Assembly: GCA_965227035.1 (NCBI GenBank) | Contig: OZ245724.1 | Location: 3,072,605 to 3,136,604 of the forward strand | Origin: Burkholderiaceae bacterium | GTDB lineage: Bacteria > Pseudomonadota > Gammaproteobacteria > Burkholderiales > Burkholderiaceae_C | Length of the DNA: 64,000 nucleotides | Reading direction: 5' to 3' | Part shown: in pieces, positions 62,289 through 64,000 of the stretch | How the letters are laid out: every line of letters starts with the position of its first letter | How positions within the stretch are numbered: position 1 is the first letter of the stretch | Made by a program: the position numbers and the translations under genes | Notes under the pieces: model-generated | The model's input: the letters and a program-made list of their open reading frames with translations, nothing else | Database searches by the model: none | Told to the model about the DNA's origin: nothing

Positions 62289-63245
62289 TTACTCAAAAAG
62301 CGCTTCGCCAGGTAGCGTCGCACGGATAGTAGCTTTCAATTTGTTGGCGGCTTCATCCAAATTCGCCGGATCCCACACCACCGTTAAATGGTGATTTGTG
62401 TCGAAATGGGTACCCTGACTCTTATCGTTGAATACGTCCTTGCGACACAGATAGATCACTGGCTTGCCAAGCCCTTCCGCGAACCCCGCCTCCCAATAAG
62501 CGCCTTTATTGTGGTGAGTTAGATCCGCAAGCAAAAATCGACTTTTCCTTATTTCTACACGCAAGCGGTCGTCGATAAGTCCTGCGGGCTGAGCATCATC
62601 AAGGCGCTTCAGATCAAAGCCAGTTGCCGCTACTGCCGGAAGAAAAAAGTCGTTAACAACAGCGTCCAAATCTGACTGTCCGAACTGCATCGCGATAAAC
62701 GCGGAGCGACCTGAAGTTTGTCCGCGCTCAAGTTCTTCGTAATAGTTCCACCCGTGCAACGTCAAGCGCAGCTCGTGAACACTAAATTCCCCACCTATAA
62801 AGTCTGCGAATTCGCATTGAATATAGCCAGACTGCTTCGCGTGACTTAGCAGCACTCGCACAGACCGCATGTCCTTGGCGCCCACAGCTGAAAGGACAGC
62901 TTCTGACATTTCAACAGTCGCACCCAAAGTCGGCAAAGACTCCCCCATCCACGAAATCAAGTTCTCAAGTTGCTCTTGCGGTTTTGGAAGGACAGTCCCT
63001 GTGATGATGTTGCCCAATAACTCGCTATCAAGCATGGCCCATTGTTGGCGCTTGGTCATGCGATGAAGCGCGTAACTCAACTTATCGCGTGCCTCGGGGC
63101 GCTGATTCAAGCGCCAACTTAGTTCGTCGAGAGCAGTACGCGACAAGGAAAATCCGCCACAGCGAGGGCATTCATAAAAGAGCCTTTCCCCGCGGTCTTC
63201 ACTCTTGATCAAATCGTGCTTACAGACTGGACATGATTCGGCCAT
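62289..63245 (-). CDS. uncharacterised protein: N-terminal 4-Cys zinc ribbon + C-terminal nucleoside 2-deoxyribosyltransferase/TIR-like domain
   Basis: I place the start at MAESCPVCKH (ATG = complement of 63243-63245), with GAGGAA 5 nt upstream; an in-frame ATG at 63275 is also possible. CPVC-x17-CPRC, then ..SAFIAMQFGQSD.. and ..RFLLADLTHHNKGAYWEAGFAEGLGKPVIYLC... 318 aa. Confidence 0.7.
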   Translation of the reverse strand: MAESCPVCKHDLIKSEDRGERLFYECPRCGGFSLSRTALDELSWRLNQRPEARDKLSYALHRMTKRQQWAMLDSELLGNIITGTVLPKPQEQLENLISWMGESLPTLGATVEMSEAVLSAVGAKDMRSVRVLLSHAKQSGYIQCEFADFIGGEFSVHELRLTLHGWNYYEELERGQTSGRSAFIAMQFGQSDLDAVVNDFFLPAVAATGFDLKRLDDAQPAGLIDDRLRVEIRKSRFLLADLTHHNKGAYWEAGFAEGLGKPVIYLCRKDVFNDKSQGTHFDTNHHLTVVWDPANLDEAANKLKATIRATLPGEALFE

Positions 63246-63518
63246 ATGTTTCCTCGTTGGATAGCGCAAAGGCATATGCCGATGCGCTTTGCACGTTCAC
63301 TCCGACAAGAGTGGCGCGTTGCTTTTTGGCCGCGACGACTCGCATCCTTTACCACTTACATAAAGCGAGTGATCAGCAAAGACAAGCCCGTTGTTCGGCG
63401 GAAATTTTCTTATCGCAGCACTGCCGACAGCATGAATGTTGGCGTTGGCTGTACCGAAGATACGCCGCCCTTCCAAAATTAACAGCGCGAAGGCCGCACC
63501 ATCTAGCTCGGTGCGTTC

Positions 63519-63542
63519 AGCCCTAGCGGAGATTCTAGGGCT
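63519..63542 (-). terminator. hairpin downstream of glmS (possible terminator)
   Basis: AGCCCTAG-cggagatt-CTAGGGCT (8-bp stem), about 75 nt after the glmS stop. There is no clear T run on the minus strand, so confidence is low. Confidence 0.3.
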
Positions 63543-63616
63543 ATGACTGACTTATTTCGAACTCGCAAGACGATCAAGTTTTCAACCTGACCGCCACCTA
63601 ACCAGCTTCACCCCCC

Positions 63617-64000
63617 TCACTCCACCGTCACACTCTTAGCCAAATTCCTCGGCTTATCCACATCCGTCCCCCTCGCACACGCCGTGTGATACGCCAGCAA
63701 CTGCAGCGGCACCACATGCAGCAGCGGTGATAGCGCGCCGTAGTGCTCCGGCATGCGGATCACGTGAATGCCGTCTTCGTTTTCGATGCGGCTGTCGGCG
63801 TCGGCCAGCACGTAAAGCACGCCGCCTCGTGCGCGGACTTCCTGCAGATTGCTTTTGAGTTTCTCGATGAGCGAATCGTTGGGCGCTACCGCGACCACGG
63901 GCATCTCGCTCGTGACGAGAGCAAGCGGGCCGTGCTTCAACTCGCCGGCTGCGTACGCTTCGGCGTGAATGTAGGTGATCTCTTTGAGTTTGAGCGCGCC
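63617..64000 (-). CDS. glmS: glutamine--fructose-6-phosphate aminotransferase, C-terminal part (5' end outside the window)
   Basis: The frame stays open to the right edge: [40 protein letters not shown]...[31 protein letters not shown], the canonical GlmS C-terminus. Confidence 0.95.
   Translation of the reverse strand, partial: GALKLKEITYIHAEAYAAGELKHGPLALVTSEMPVVAVAPNDSLIEKLKSNLQEVRARGGVLYVLADADSRIENEDGIHVIRMPEHYGALSPLLHVVPLQLLAYHTACARGTDVDKPRNLAKSVTVE

Larger units (their letters stand above)
59775..63616. other. low-GC genomic islet between prx and the 3' end of glmS
   Basis: Hand counts: 61801-61920 = 48/120 G+C; 62401-62460 = 27/60; 60301-60360 = 33/60; compare 39/60 at 33001-33060. 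No mobility genes are present. Confidence 0.55.

Noticed and set aside
61883-62329. Track ORFs of 69-90 aa (61883-62092, 61921-62175, 62047-62289, 62057-62329) as real small genes, for example an antitoxin
   Set aside because: They overlap one another on both strands and are highly basic and low-complexity. Some use non-ATG starts and none has an SD. I report the region as a possible decayed gene or non-coding spacer instead.
59775-63616. An intact Tn7-like or CAST transposon at attTn7
   Set aside because: No tnsA/B/C/D-like ORFs, no cas genes and no recognisable multi-copy end repeats are present. Only the location and the low GC are suggestive.
1-64000. CRISPR arrays, tRNA/rRNA genes, IS elements and integrases
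   Set aside because: The only repeats found are 2-3 copies of 10-24 bp without unique spacers. All intergenic gaps are short and lack tRNA-like cloverleaf potential on inspection. No ORF shows DDE-transposase or tyrosine-recombinase motifs.

Overview
64-kb segment of a high-GC proteobacterial chromosome. Gene content suggests a betaproteobacterium of the Burkholderiales (inference only): two Bug/TctC-type solute receptors, tctDE-tctBA, an llpE-ceoAB-opcM / bpeEF-oprC-type RND efflux cluster, and many LysR/GntR-controlled catabolic operons. I support about 65 protein genes. I saw no rRNA, tRNA, CRISPR array, transposase or integrase. The main blocks are as follows. (1) 1-10.0 kb: a minus-strand operon encoding an FAD monooxygenase, a PEP-mutase/isocitrate-lyase-family enzyme, an isochorismatase-family hydrolase, an Asp/Glu-racemase-family protein, a Liv-type ABC importer with two tandem binding-protein paralogs, and an alpha/beta hydrolase. 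A divergent FAH/GntR pair sits next to it. (2) An MFS exporter, a 52-aa DUF3309 micro-ORF missing from the ORF track, an SGNH hydrolase and an HDOD protein. (3) 15.9-31.4 kb: a 17-gene, translationally coupled minus-strand catabolic operon under a divergent LysR regulator. It has three Rieske terminal oxygenases (two alpha+beta, one alpha-only), an amidase, an amidohydrolase, a NicX/M29-like putative ring-cleavage enzyme, an alpha/beta hydrolase, FAH, RidA, VOC, a Bug receptor and a NitT/TauT-type ABC importer. No reductase or ferredoxin is encoded. (4) 32.6-40.6 kb: LysR, an LlpE-like protein, MFP, RND pump and outer-membrane factor. (5) tctDE-tctBA and dedA. (6) A hydratase / CoA-transferase / GST / Bug / lipoprotein-hydrolase block, facing a convergent operon with a split Fe-S hydro-lyase. 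(7) hipBA with two AAGTAG-N17-CTACTT inverted repeats. (8) LysR plus a 1-Cys peroxiredoxin. (9) A 3.8-kb low-GC islet abutting the 3' end of glmS. It carries a GmrSD-type (DUF262/DUF1524) protein and an uncharacterised Zn-ribbon + nucleoside-2-deoxyribosyltransferase/TIR-like protein. This islet is my best candidate for an undescribed (defence) system. Other sequence-level oddities: short tandem duplications at or just beyond gene stop codons (five loci), and two alpha/beta-hydrolase homologs whose nucleophile serine is replaced (Glu, Ala). All family assignments come from motif recognition by eye and need HMM or structure searches.
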